Of a stretch of 59,214 bases of DNA, positions 1-8,760 are shown in pieces. The position numbers and the translations under genes are program-made. Below the pieces are notes generated by a model. The model saw only the letters and a list, made by a program, of their open reading frames with translations. It was not told where the DNA came from and did not search any database. Each line of letters starts with the position of its first letter. Position 1 is the first letter of the stretch. Source of the DNA: Sedimentisphaerales bacterium (GTDB lineage Bacteria; Planctomycetota; Phycisphaerae; Sedimentisphaerales; Anaerobacaceae); assembly GCA_049287505.1 (NCBI GenBank), contig JBAQFY010000352.1, positions 1 to 59,214 on the forward strand. The letters run 5' to 3'.

Positions 1-192
1 CTTTACCAGTTTATGCGGGGCGGGCTGAGTCTCAGGGTCAAAGACTATCTGGGTAAGACCTTCTCTGTCGCGAAGGTCGATGAATACCAGATTGCCGTGG
101 TCGCGATATGAATGGACCCAGCCAGCCAGTGTTACCTCTTTTCCAGCATCATCAAGCCGAAGCTGACCGCAATTATGTGTCCTTTTGAGCAT
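1..192 (-). CDS. aspS: aspartate--tRNA ligase, N-terminal fragment (gene continues off the left edge)
   Basis: Reverse complement of 1-192 reads [64 protein letters not shown]. This is the canonical AspRS N-terminal OB-fold opening (RTH.CG.LR, GWV...RDHG.L.FIDLRDR.G). It is absent from the ORF track because no stop lies inside the window. Confidence 0.85.
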   Translation of the reverse strand, partial: MLKRTHNCGQLRLDDAGKEVTLAGWVHSYRDHGNLVFIDLRDREGLTQIVFDPETQPAPHKLVK

Positions 193-243
193 AACAAATT
201 CCTAAAAATATTAGATAAAAAAAGCAAAAAATAGTAGCTCTTT

Positions 244-831
244 TCAACCCATGATTTCTCCATAATCCACCTGAATTTCATTCTTAATCTTTTCGTAATA
301 TATGACCTTAACCGCTATATCCTCTCGGAGTGCAGCCTTAATTTTATAAGTCTCTGGTTTTATCGAGACAGGAATGTTCCCGATATATCCATCAATACCC
401 TTTGATTCTTGTGTAAAATCCGACAGGCGATAATCCACACCTTTTATTTCAGCTCCCTTTTTCAAAATTGCTTCTTGAAATCTCAAGCCCATAAAGGTCT
501 TGACGATTACTAAATCTCTCACCCATTTTTCAACCATCTCTCTGTCAATTTTATCAATCGCATTACTCAAGTTCTTTACCATTTGCAGTATTCTTTCGGT
601 TGCAGTCCTTATAGCATCGGGTTTCTGTTTCAGATACCATTGTTCCCATTCAGCCAAAGTTTTGCCAGTACAATGTTGGATAAGTTCGCTCATCTGACCT
701 ACAACTTTGGGTCTCGTCCCTTGAGCGTTTTGATTTGCCAGGTTCAAGAGCTGAGTCGTATATGTAGGGAATTCCGGCGTGTCAATATCCAAGCATTTTC
801 TGATTTCCTCGTTACTGAGACTTATTTTCAT
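244..831 (-). CDS. putative type II restriction endonuclease (MjaI-like by recollection), partner of the adjacent methyltransferase
   Basis: 195-aa ORF in an AT-rich block with a 4-nt ATGA overlap with the upstream methylase gene. From memory, the sequence (TRPKVVGQMSELI, KGIDGYIG) resembles proteins annotated as MjaI-family REases. The family assignment is unverified. Confidence 0.5.
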   Translation of the reverse strand: MKISLSNEEIRKCLDIDTPEFPTYTTQLLNLANQNAQGTRPKVVGQMSELIQHCTGKTLAEWEQWYLKQKPDAIRTATERILQMVKNLSNAIDKIDREMVEKWVRDLVIVKTFMGLRFQEAILKKGAEIKGVDYRLSDFTQESKGIDGYIGNIPVSIKPETYKIKAALREDIAVKVIYYEKIKNEIQVDYGEIMG

Positions 832-2126
832 CTATTTTTCACCGACTGTGTAGTTAGAGCAATAAACTTGCTTTTCATTTTATAATCCATTGTCGTATCT
901 ACATCCACAAGACCATTTTTGAGCAGGTGAGCATTCACAAAAGTTTTATTTTTCAGATATAAATAGCAGTAAAGATTGTTATTCTCATCGTGTTTTATTT
1001 CATCGAACCTCAAAAACACTTTCTGCCCTTTGGTCAAATTCTTTAAGAACTGGACAGCCCCGATGTTAGCCTTTCCGTTCGATTTTACTCCTATCAGATG
1101 TATTTTTGCTCCCGTATCCAAAATGAGTTCCGAAGGAGATATAACCTTCTTGACTGTGTAGTATCTCTCTTTGTGTGTCTCTTTTCCATCAATTCGCGAT
1201 CCGAACCTCAAAAGCTTTGGGTCAATCTTGCGTTCGAAGGTTACAGGGTCCATAAAGACATACGGAAGGCTGCTAATTTCTTTTTTGAAGTCCACGTTTT
1301 CCGACTGCCGTTTTATAACCTCAACCTTGTCATCTTTCTCAAAGATACCTATGTTCTTCGTCAGTCTTTGCTTTATATGAGATAAATACTGCTCATTTAT
1401 CTCATAACCTATCGAATTTCTTAAAAACCTTAGAGCTGCGAGAGATGTTGTGCCACTGCCGAGAAACGGGTCAAGAACCGTATCCCCAATAAAGCTAAAC
1501 ATTTTAATCAGCCTTTTAGGTAACTCCTCCGGAAACGGCGCTAAATGCTTATTCTGTTTCTCGCCGCTGAAGTTCCAGTGTCCATAAAAATACTGGTTCC
1601 ATTCATCCTGAGAGAGCCTTGATTTTTCTTTTATCTCTTTTGACACCTTTGGCGGCTTTCCCAACTTCTTGAATATCAGGATGAATTCGTAGTCCAACTT
1701 GATAATCCCATTTCTGGGATAAGGGAAAGAGCCCATCACCGTTGCCCCTCCTGTAGTATTGCAGGTGGTAACTTTCTGCCAGATAATTGCTCCCATATAA
1801 TCGAAACCAACAGATTCACAAAACTTAACGACCTCCGTGCGAATGGGAATAATCTTGTATCTGCCATAATAAACAGAACGGGCGAACTGATCACCAATAT
1901 TAATACAAAGACGGCACCCCTTATGAAGCACACGATGGCACTGGTTCCATACCAGATTTAAATTGTTGATGTAGTCCTGATAGCTGTCGTTGTATCCGAT
2001 CTGCTGTCTTTGGCCATAGTCCTTCAACTGCCAATACGGCGGGGAGGTAATAATTAAATGCACGGACTCATCTTCCACTTCGTGCATTTTCCTCGAATCA
2101 CCAATTATTATCTTGTGGAAACCCAT
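828..2126 (-). CDS. N4/N6 (beta-class) DNA methyltransferase with a C-terminal degenerate SNase-like OB-fold domain
   Basis: The N-terminus carries the TSPPYW catalytic motif, and FLGSGTT is an AdoMet-binding motif of the PF01555-type order. The last ~110 aa (LILDTGAKIHLIGVKSN...YCYLYLKNKTFVNAHLLKNGLVDV) align by eye with staphylococcal nuclease (FRLLLVDTPE...[24 protein letters not shown]). The D/E catalytic residues are missing. Confidence 0.8.
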   Translation of the reverse strand: MGFHKIIIGDSRKMHEVEDESVHLIITSPPYWQLKDYGQRQQIGYNDSYQDYINNLNLVWNQCHRVLHKGCRLCINIGDQFARSVYYGRYKIIPIRTEVVKFCESVGFDYMGAIIWQKVTTCNTTGGATVMGSFPYPRNGIIKLDYEFILIFKKLGKPPKVSKEIKEKSRLSQDEWNQYFYGHWNFSGEKQNKHLAPFPEELPKRLIKMFSFIGDTVLDPFLGSGTTSLAALRFLRNSIGYEINEQYLSHIKQRLTKNIGIFEKDDKVEVIKRQSENVDFKKEISSLPYVFMDPVTFERKIDPKLLRFGSRIDGKETHKERYYTVKKVISPSELILDTGAKIHLIGVKSNGKANIGAVQFLKNLTKGQKVFLRFDEIKHDENNNLYCYLYLKNKTFVNAHLLKNGLVDVDTTMDYKMKSKFIALTTQSVKNR

Positions 2127-2240
2127 CTTTCCATAACCTCAATTATTGAGCCGATATTTTGTAAATCAGGATAGCTGAAGAGGGCAGTTTCGTCAATAAT
2201 GGGTTTGTTAATATTTGAGTTTAGGCCTGCTAATGCTTGT

Positions 2241-3068
2241 TTATTTTGGCGCGTTTTGGAGCAGAAACTGCTGGAGGCCAGAAAGGTCGTCGGTATTGAG
2301 CAGGTCAACGCCGTTCGAGAGCAGTTCCAGCCAGAGCGTTTGGCGAGCAGGTGAGGGTTTGTCAGGTGTTGCCCAGAATCTGACGCGTTGGCCTTTTTGG
2401 TGTGCGGTTTCGACGATTTTTTTCAATTTTTGACGTTCTTCAGCCGGCATAGGACGGTTGCCGTTGTATAAGAAATGTCTTGTCCAATTATCACTGATAA
2501 CAGGGATTAGCATTGCGGTGGCGTCAGATTCCAAATCCTCAAGCCTGCCGTCACAGCCGGCATAACGGATTTTCTGGGACTCCATCAATTTGCGTGGTCG
2601 ATTGCCGGATACAACGGCAATTACTGCTTTGTCGGTTCGGCCGTTTGAGTCGAAGGTGGTAAAAATGCTCTTGTACTCAGCCAGCATTTCGCTAAGAACA
2701 TTATAGGTTGCGACGGCTTCGGTTTTTATGTCGATGAACAAAGTGAACTGTGGTCCATTGGGATAGACCCGCCCGCCATTCCGGGCAATGCGCCTGCTCA
2801 GAGGTTCAAGATAGAGCGAGCGTAATGTTCGCTCAGGATTTATTTCAACCGAGTTGTGAGCAACGAATAAATCGCCATCAACGAGATGAATGTCGGCCTC
2901 AACACTGGTAAAGCCGTGGTCCAGTGCGTCCAATAGAGGACGGTCGTGCTCATAGTCGTTGTGCGCATGTGCTCTAAGCAGAGGCTTTGGAGCGGAGGGT
3001 ATTCCACACGAGCAGGTGAGCAGGATTAGTACCAGCCAGATGGGGGCAATTATAAATTTAGCTCTCAT
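2241..3068 (-). CDS. PI-PLC / glycerophosphodiester-phosphodiesterase-like (AIM6-type) lipoprotein
   Basis: Lipoprotein-type signal (LILLTCSCG), then AHAHNDYEHDRPLLDALDHGFTSVEADIHLVDGDLFVAHN, the PLC-like phosphodiesterase TIM-barrel signature. Confidence 0.65.
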   Translation of the reverse strand: MRAKFIIAPIWLVLILLTCSCGIPSAPKPLLRAHAHNDYEHDRPLLDALDHGFTSVEADIHLVDGDLFVAHNSVEINPERTLRSLYLEPLSRRIARNGGRVYPNGPQFTLFIDIKTEAVATYNVLSEMLAEYKSIFTTFDSNGRTDKAVIAVVSGNRPRKLMESQKIRYAGCDGRLEDLESDATAMLIPVISDNWTRHFLYNGNRPMPAEERQKLKKIVETAHQKGQRVRFWATPDKPSPARQTLWLELLSNGVDLLNTDDLSGLQQFLLQNAPK

Positions 3069-3151
3069 TTAAGTATCGCCTTACGTTCTATGGTGTCGTC
3101 TAAGTCATATCATCGAACAGCCCGTTTCATACACTCCTGCCGAGGAGTCCA

Positions 3152-5719
3152 TTATGGTCCAGAAACAATATTCTTCAATATCGTGAACTGCAAGTCGAAC
3201 ACTTTCCGCAGCTCGTCATCGGGAACAACATCACCTGTAACACCCATATAGGCATCTGCAAATCGGGAGCCGAACCCAATGACGGTTACAGTCCCCTTGC
3301 CGTGACGGACTTTTGCGGCCACCGGCGTGTTTTCCACCCACATTATAGGTTCTCCTCCTTCTATCTGAAAGGCTGAGTCAATTTTAATTATAGGCCAGCC
3401 TTCAGGTGCTTTTAGCTGGCCATTAATGCGCGTGCTTTGATTCACATTCAGGCCAAACGGATAAAGCAAGCTGTTTGCAGTTGACTCCGTGTTCTCAGGT
3501 GAATCCAGGATGAGGACTTTTCCACCTGATGCGACATAATTGACCAGCTCCTCTCGGAAATCGCTTTTGACGGTCAGATGTGGATGTGTAAATACGAGAA
3601 CATCACCAGACATTGTGTTTATGCCACTTTTCCGAGAGGTGAAGTAACCGAGTCGGAGAATCCACCGCTCGAAAATCCCGAATCCTTCTATCTTTCCAGC
3701 TATGAACCCGCTTTGGGAGAGAGGCGCGTCACACACCGTACGATCGACCACAACTTCGACCATGGGCCGAACCGCTTTTGGAAGAGGCATAGAATACCGG
3801 TGAATTGCTCGTGTACTCACTGCTGCAATCGACCAGCCGAATACCCCTGCGCTGATCACAACTAACCAGGCCACATTCGGCCTCCGGCAAAGCGCCAGCC
3901 CGCCGGTAGTGAGCAAAATCCCCAAAAGGATTAGCAATATCCGGAGAGGGTAAGGGAAGTTGCGGTGATTAAGCCATTCGAGCATGCCAAGCATTAACTC
4001 AGCCTTTCCAGGCTCAAAGGTTGCGAAATTGGAAAAGACAGTCGAATCAGTAAAAGCGACAACGCGGCCGGCACCGTGATGTGTTGTCAATAATTGCACG
4101 AAAGCACCATACCGCATTTCTGCTTTGTCTTCGACCTGTGGATAGAAATTACCTGCGTGGTAATCAGCCAATAGATTTTTCAGGCCTGTGGAACGAATGA
4201 CCGCCCGGCCAAGACTTCTTCCAGGATTGATAGAGCAGGAGACCGCGAAGTTGAACGGGGGCATGCTTTGAATTATTGGGTGCGGGACTAATGGTAAGTT
4301 GTAGAGCTGAGTATAAATTGTATCGATGTCAAACAGACAGTCGTAACGAAAACTGAAACCGAAAATCTTCGCTACATCGTTTAGGTGTGTGCCTGTGTTG
4401 AAAACGTTCGTATGCTCACCCATGAGCAGCAGGCCCCCGCCCCGTTCAACAAATCGCTCTATTGCTTTTATTTCTTCCGGGTTATATCGTAAGGTCGGCA
4501 CCTTGACTACAAGCACATCACAATTCCGAACAGCGGCATCATCGAGGGAGGTATTGAGGCGGGACATATCGTAAAAGCGTGAGCAATAATCGTAAATACA
4601 GTAATAGTTGTATCCGGAATCATGCCCATACCAGTTCGTGTCGAAAGGCTTATCGGTGGGTTCCCAGGTCGAGTGAAATTCATCGACCATGACTCTGCCC
4701 TGCTTGCGTCGTCCCGGCGTATCCAGAAGCAAGCCCATAATCAATATGAAGCTTCCTGTAAAGAGCAGAACGATTGCTCCGATACGTTTGTTAAGCCTTA
4801 CGCCTGGTTCCGAAGCCCCCATGTCTGCTTTCGCAGACAAGCGTGGGGGCTGGCCACCGAACGGTGTATGTAAGAACCGGAGGCTTAGAAGAATTGGTCC
4901 CAGCAAAAAAACCGAAAGCAGCCATGGATTCCAAAATTGTTCCATCAGAGCCAGCTCTTCATCATATCCGGTCCGAAGCGCCCGATGCATAAAAATCGAT
5001 ATCAATATGGCTGCACGAACAAACAGCCAGGCGGCAGTTAATGTGACCAGAGCTACCAAACGATTCACCAGGCGCCATTTTTGTTTACCTTGCGGCTGTG
5101 TTATAGGTGTGCAAAGGCACAGCATTACAATCCCACCGACAAGAAAGGACAACGTAGCGGGGTCTAACAGCAGCTCCCAGGTAGCACCAAGAAGATGAAC
5201 GACTCTTGGTGAGTACAAGGCAAGGTTAGTACCGTCTAACGCTGTTTGGAAACCTAACAGCCGTGAGATTACATAGAGCAGGCCCGGCCAGGGCCATACA
5301 AGTTCGTGTGATTTTGCGGTGATGCATTCATAGCCGAGAATCGCCAGTGATTGCGCCAGTAAGATGATACCCACAAGGATAAGCGCCGATGCGAAGACTT
5401 TGGGCCAACGACGGGGAATCGGTACGGCACCAAGTACAAGTCCGACAAAGATAAGCAATGGCGCCACACGGTACAGCCACGGGGCCAAACAGATTGCAGG
5501 CAGCAACATTACTGCCCCCGCTGCTTCGCTTTTGCGAAGCAAAACGACGGGGGCTGCTGACTCAAGCGCTGTTGGTCTGCGAATGTCAACTCCTATAAAC
5601 AGTCCCGTTCCGGCCGCTACAAATATCGCCCATGCCAACCACTGAGCATCGTGGTAGTAGCTCAGTCCGAACAGCCACGAGGCACTCAATAACGCCAAGC
5701 CAATCCAGGGCTGTTTCAA
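3152..5719 (-). CDS. large polytopic membrane protein with two GldG/DUF4350-like (class I GATase-fold-like) domains, paralogue A
   Basis: 855 aa with ~8 N-terminal TM helices and a further TM around residue 590. Motifs DVLVVKVP...IERFVERGGGLLLMGEHTN and GAGRVVAFTDSTVFSN are repeated in weaker form near the C-terminus. 4-nt overlap with the upstream paralogue. Confidence 0.55.
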   Translation of the reverse strand: MKQPWIGLALLSASWLFGLSYYHDAQWLAWAIFVAAGTGLFIGVDIRRPTALESAAPVVLLRKSEAAGAVMLLPAICLAPWLYRVAPLLIFVGLVLGAVPIPRRWPKVFASALILVGIILLAQSLAILGYECITAKSHELVWPWPGLLYVISRLLGFQTALDGTNLALYSPRVVHLLGATWELLLDPATLSFLVGGIVMLCLCTPITQPQGKQKWRLVNRLVALVTLTAAWLFVRAAILISIFMHRALRTGYDEELALMEQFWNPWLLSVFLLGPILLSLRFLHTPFGGQPPRLSAKADMGASEPGVRLNKRIGAIVLLFTGSFILIMGLLLDTPGRRKQGRVMVDEFHSTWEPTDKPFDTNWYGHDSGYNYYCIYDYCSRFYDMSRLNTSLDDAAVRNCDVLVVKVPTLRYNPEEIKAIERFVERGGGLLLMGEHTNVFNTGTHLNDVAKIFGFSFRYDCLFDIDTIYTQLYNLPLVPHPIIQSMPPFNFAVSCSINPGRSLGRAVIRSTGLKNLLADYHAGNFYPQVEDKAEMRYGAFVQLLTTHHGAGRVVAFTDSTVFSNFATFEPGKAELMLGMLEWLNHRNFPYPLRILLILLGILLTTGGLALCRRPNVAWLVVISAGVFGWSIAAVSTRAIHRYSMPLPKAVRPMVEVVVDRTVCDAPLSQSGFIAGKIEGFGIFERWILRLGYFTSRKSGINTMSGDVLVFTHPHLTVKSDFREELVNYVASGGKVLILDSPENTESTANSLLYPFGLNVNQSTRINGQLKAPEGWPIIKIDSAFQIEGGEPIMWVENTPVAAKVRHGKGTVTVIGFGSRFADAYMGVTGDVVPDDELRKVFDLQFTILKNIVSGP

Positions 5720-8451
5720 TTTGCAACCTCCTGATTAGAATTATCCAACGCTGTTCCATTTTGTCCGGATTCAGGCCGGCTTTGCAGAGCCGGAGGAATC
5801 CACATCTCCTCGTCCCGCAATTGTGTGATGAACCACCGCCAAAAGTCGGCGTTCTCCCGCATACCTTCGAATGGCTCTCCTCCTTCCCATTCGAGATTCT
5901 TGTTCATTGCAAAACACGTATCCCCAATGACGACAACCTTTCCGGCTCCGAGCCGGCGCATAATGATAACCGGCAAATTATTTTTGCCGTATGTAATCAC
6001 CCTAGCACTTGGGTCGTTACAACTGACGGGCCAAGCTGCGTGTAAACGCACGAAGACTTGTTGGTCTCCTGAGCTGAGGTATGGAGACTTGAAGTGCCCC
6101 ATAGCTTCAGGCTCGGGAGGGTCGGGTCCGGAAGTACCAATATTAAAGCCAAAAAGCGAAAGCAGTGAACGGCTGGATTCTGCGCGTTCAAGCCCTACTG
6201 TAATAATAAATTTTCCGCCGTTAATCACGAAGTCCCTTATAGCCTCCTGCTCAGTCTTTGAGAATCCGCGCGAAGGTGCAATTGATACCAATAGGTCCGC
6301 CCGTTCAAGCCTTTCAGATGTCATTTCTGGAAGTAATAAAGTAAGATACCCGTTCCTCATAAGTGTAAGGATAAAGCCCCCAATGCCGTCAGGGCGCCAA
6401 GACTCCCCGCTGTTAGTCGGCAGGTGATACGTATCGATGTAAGCTAAGTTATTGGGGGACTTATATCGTCCATCAGGGAGAATCTCACCGGCATTGTGGC
6501 TGATAGAGGTAGATACGGCCAGTGAGCCTGCCAAGCCTATTGTTACCAGGATAACCTTCCACCCGCTGCGACGCATCGCGGCGAGCTGGCCTGTGTTCCA
6601 AATCAAAAGGCCGATGAGCAATCCACAGCTCAATATACCGAGGAGCTGCCGCCACGTCGGGTGCGCATTTCCGGAATCACCGGCCAGATAGCCGAACAGT
6701 CGCGAAGTGAAAACATGTGAGCTGACATTGATACCGTTCGTCAGGCTCGATGTGTCGCCGAACGCAATAACACGACCCTTACCCAGCGGCTGCTCGGCTA
6801 CGAGAATTATATCGCCGAGTTTCTCGCCTGGGTCATAGCGGCCGTTGCCCATCATAGCTCGGCTGCTTCCCTCGTCTCCCATGTCGGACCATCCCCACCG
6901 TCCGATTAACAACGGACGTGCCGGCCAGCTCGTCTCGAGAGAAGCGCCAATAACCACACCGAATTGGTTACTATCGTCGGGGACACCTGCTGTCGCGGGG
7001 TGAGTAATCGCCTCGTAAGACTGCAACCAGCCGCCAACCGCAAATGTGCCCGAATCGAACATGACTCGTATTGCAGTGGGCTCCAGCACTTCATTGAAGC
7101 GGTTGCTTCCGTTCTTGTCCCGGGTCGTATGCTCACCCATCACCAGAAGCGAGCCACCACGACGTACAAAGTCCCAGATTCGCTCCAACTGACCCTCGGC
7201 CCAAGGCTCATCAGGAAAAAGCAGGACCAAGGCATCGGCATCCTGAAGGTCATTGTCCGACAAGTCTGCCGAGATAAGACTGCTGGCACCGAGGCTTTCG
7301 ATAAAGACCGGAAGCATTCCATACATTCCGCTGGAGAGTCTGCCATACTGGCCGTGCTCCGGCTTGAGCCAGTTGAGGAATCCCTTCTCATAGAAAACAA
7401 TCTTTTTACCCTGGAGGTTCAATTTGGCTGGGTACAGCGCAATCATAATAGGCAAAAGGACAGCCAGAATAGGTGCTGCGGCCCACAGTGGATACTTGGT
7501 TCGGTTAGAGAGTGCAGGAGCATTTTTTACATTGCCTAAATTGTCTTCGGATAAGGCAGACCAGCGAAACATAGCTGCGGCGGTTAGCAAATGTATCACG
7601 CAAGCCAGTAGGGGCAGGTTCCACGGCACAGCTTTGTGGAACAGGCCCGCCCAGTGCCAACCTTCCTGCTCAGCCGGGCCGGCAACGCCGGCCGTGATCA
7701 AACCTGCCTTCGGCGGGGCTACTGCCGCAAGTAGTTGTGGAACGTATGACAATACGATTAGATAGCAGAGGTGACCGCTGAGGATTGCGATAAGGCCGTA
7801 GATTGCCCTTTTCCGTCTTGGCTGTGGGCTATAGGTCAGCCAGAGGGCCCAAAGCGCGGTCATAAGCACCAGGAAATCGAGGCCGGCAAATGTGGACCCG
7901 ACATACATCGATTGATGTGTGACAAGACCCCCAAGGTTTCCAATTACACGGCCGAGCATGTCGGCCATCGACCAGACCAGTGGTATGCACGTGCAAGCCG
8001 TGCGGTAAAGGCCAAAAACCATAACAGCAACAGATGAGACACGCAGGATTCTCTGCGTGTTTGGCTTGGATTTGAGCGCAAGAGAGGCCAGAACGAGAGA
8101 GACGCCCATTACATTGATGACAGGCAGGGGCGATGCTATCATATATATGGCCAGGCCAAGCGTTGCAAGTAAAGCTGCAAGGTTTTTCCTCCCTCGCCAG
8201 GGGAAGGGACGCTGCGCGAGGATTGCTACACCCAAAGCCGCCAACGTCAGTACCCGCCGCAGGGGATGCGCTAATAGGCCCGTTGAGCCGGCCGCAATCC
8301 AGGCAGCCGCCAGACCGGCGAGCGCTGCGACCAGGCCGAAGGCTTGTACCGGGTCAGACCCGCCTACGGCGGGCGGCCCCAGCTCCGCTGAGACCATAGC
8401 CGGGTTATCTGCAACTAATTCTTTGGATTTTCCTTGCTTATGTCGAATCAC
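5716..8451 (-). CDS. large polytopic membrane protein with two GldG/DUF4350-like domains, paralogue B
   Basis: 911 aa with the same architecture as 3152-5719: ADALVLLFPDEPW...DFVRRGGSLLVMGEHTT, GKGRVIAFGDTSSLTN, and a second module ADLLVSIAP...DFVINGGKFIITVG / GAGKVVVIGDTCFAMN. Confidence 0.55.
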   Translation of the reverse strand: MIRHKQGKSKELVADNPAMVSAELGPPAVGGSDPVQAFGLVAALAGLAAAWIAAGSTGLLAHPLRRVLTLAALGVAILAQRPFPWRGRKNLAALLATLGLAIYMIASPLPVINVMGVSLVLASLALKSKPNTQRILRVSSVAVMVFGLYRTACTCIPLVWSMADMLGRVIGNLGGLVTHQSMYVGSTFAGLDFLVLMTALWALWLTYSPQPRRKRAIYGLIAILSGHLCYLIVLSYVPQLLAAVAPPKAGLITAGVAGPAEQEGWHWAGLFHKAVPWNLPLLACVIHLLTAAAMFRWSALSEDNLGNVKNAPALSNRTKYPLWAAAPILAVLLPIMIALYPAKLNLQGKKIVFYEKGFLNWLKPEHGQYGRLSSGMYGMLPVFIESLGASSLISADLSDNDLQDADALVLLFPDEPWAEGQLERIWDFVRRGGSLLVMGEHTTRDKNGSNRFNEVLEPTAIRVMFDSGTFAVGGWLQSYEAITHPATAGVPDDSNQFGVVIGASLETSWPARPLLIGRWGWSDMGDEGSSRAMMGNGRYDPGEKLGDIILVAEQPLGKGRVIAFGDTSSLTNGINVSSHVFTSRLFGYLAGDSGNAHPTWRQLLGILSCGLLIGLLIWNTGQLAAMRRSGWKVILVTIGLAGSLAVSTSISHNAGEILPDGRYKSPNNLAYIDTYHLPTNSGESWRPDGIGGFILTLMRNGYLTLLLPEMTSERLERADLLVSIAPSRGFSKTEQEAIRDFVINGGKFIITVGLERAESSRSLLSLFGFNIGTSGPDPPEPEAMGHFKSPYLSSGDQQVFVRLHAAWPVSCNDPSARVITYGKNNLPVIIMRRLGAGKVVVIGDTCFAMNKNLEWEGGEPFEGMRENADFWRWFITQLRDEEMWIPPALQSRPESGQNGTALDNSNQEVAN

Positions 8452-8687
8452 TCGATGGATTATAACGAATATTATCTCATAAACAATCAGAAAAAATTAC
8501 TTACCCGCTGCGACGCGTCGCGGCGAGCGTGACAAGTGGTTTGGTGAATTGACCTTCGTTTTGCTATTCTCTACCGAAGGTATTTTACAATACCTTCTCG
8601 GAGAACCGGCGCCGGCAGAAAAAAACAACGCTCCCCGCAGTTAGCAAACTTATACCTTGGAGGGCACTTGACTAACTAAAAATGCCT

Positions 8688-8721
8688 GAACCCTTGCGTC
8701 AATATCCTGACGCAAGGGTTC
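8688..8721 (-). terminator. 14-bp perfect stem-loop downstream of the Cys/Pro-repeat gene (bidirectional terminator-like)
   Basis: gaacccttgcgtca (8688-8701), loop atatcc, tgacgcaagggttc (8708-8721). T-runs follow on both strands (aggcattttt on minus, ctatttttc on plus). Confidence 0.55.
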
Positions 8722-8760
8722 AAGCTCTATTTTTCAATATCTATTGTCCTGTCCCGTATG

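Noticed and set aside
4689-8482. Many long plus-strand ORFs (e.g. 4689-5198, 5825-6427, 6964-7539, 8057-8482) opposite the two membrane-protein genes.
   Set aside because: These are typical stop-poor antisense frames of GC-rich genes. Their products are Arg/Ser/Pro-rich with no motifs, and the minus-strand frames have coherent TM and domain architecture.
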